Positions 63,848 to 64,000 of a stretch of 64,000 bases of DNA are shown piece by piece. The stretch is from contig NIVC01001757.1 of the NCBI GenBank assembly GCA_002269645.1, positions 1-64,000 of the forward strand. The letters run 5' to 3'. The notes beneath the pieces are model-generated. The model ran no database searches. It was not told where the DNA came from and saw only the letters and a list, made by a program, of their open reading frames with translations. How positions within the stretch are numbered: the first letter of the stretch is position 1; every line of letters starts with the position of its first letter. The position numbers and the translations under genes are program-made. This DNA comes from Macrostomum lignano (Eukaryota).

Positions 63848-64000
63848 GAACAACACGGTCAAGACGCTCTCCAGTTTAGTCTGGGCCAGCCGCCACCTTC
63901 CCCAGGCAGGCTCATCCCACCGGCTCGTGCTTCTATCAGACGATGACCTTCTAATGAACCCATTCGCAGCCGGCCCCCTGTTAAGCAGCGTCGCTGCCGC
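63848..64000 (+). pseudogene. GT31 exon 3 (partial, runs off the window)
   Basis: CATACAG| acceptor; (Y)RNNTVKTLSSLVWASRH...VLLSDDDLLMNP contains the GT31 DDD motif, in phase with exon 2. Confidence 0.8.

Overview
Eukaryotic (metazoan) DNA; the minisatellite-filled introns and poly-Q/A/S-rich exons suggest a Macrostomum-like flatworm (inference only). From left to right: (1) the 3' giant exon of a SPEN/split-ends gene with a C-terminal SPOC domain, broken by many frameshifts; (2) an orphan ORF with one frameshift; (3) a promoter-like module, a fold-back element, and a 4.9-kb non-autonomous hAT-type element (14-bp TIR, 8-bp TSD) filled with a 21-bp minisatellite; (4) three intact spliced genes: steroid 5-alpha-reductase (+, 5 exons, 254 aa), bifunctional PAPS synthase (-, 5 coding exons, 623 aa) and a 3-beta-hydroxysteroid dehydrogenase-family gene (-, 3 exons, 384 aa); (5) a GT31 (beta-1,3-glycosyltransferase) gene, head-to-head with the 3-beta-HSD, frameshifted by a 109-bp duplication and carrying a recent 13.1-kb Ty3/gypsy element (2-kb LTRs, ATTC TSD, tRNA-Leu PBS, intact RT-RH-IN, no visible protease) in its second intron. 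About 20 different mini/microsatellites occupy introns and intergenic spacers. The most notable hypothesis is that 3-beta-HSD, SRD5A, PAPSS and GT31 form a steroid modification/sulfation gene cluster.
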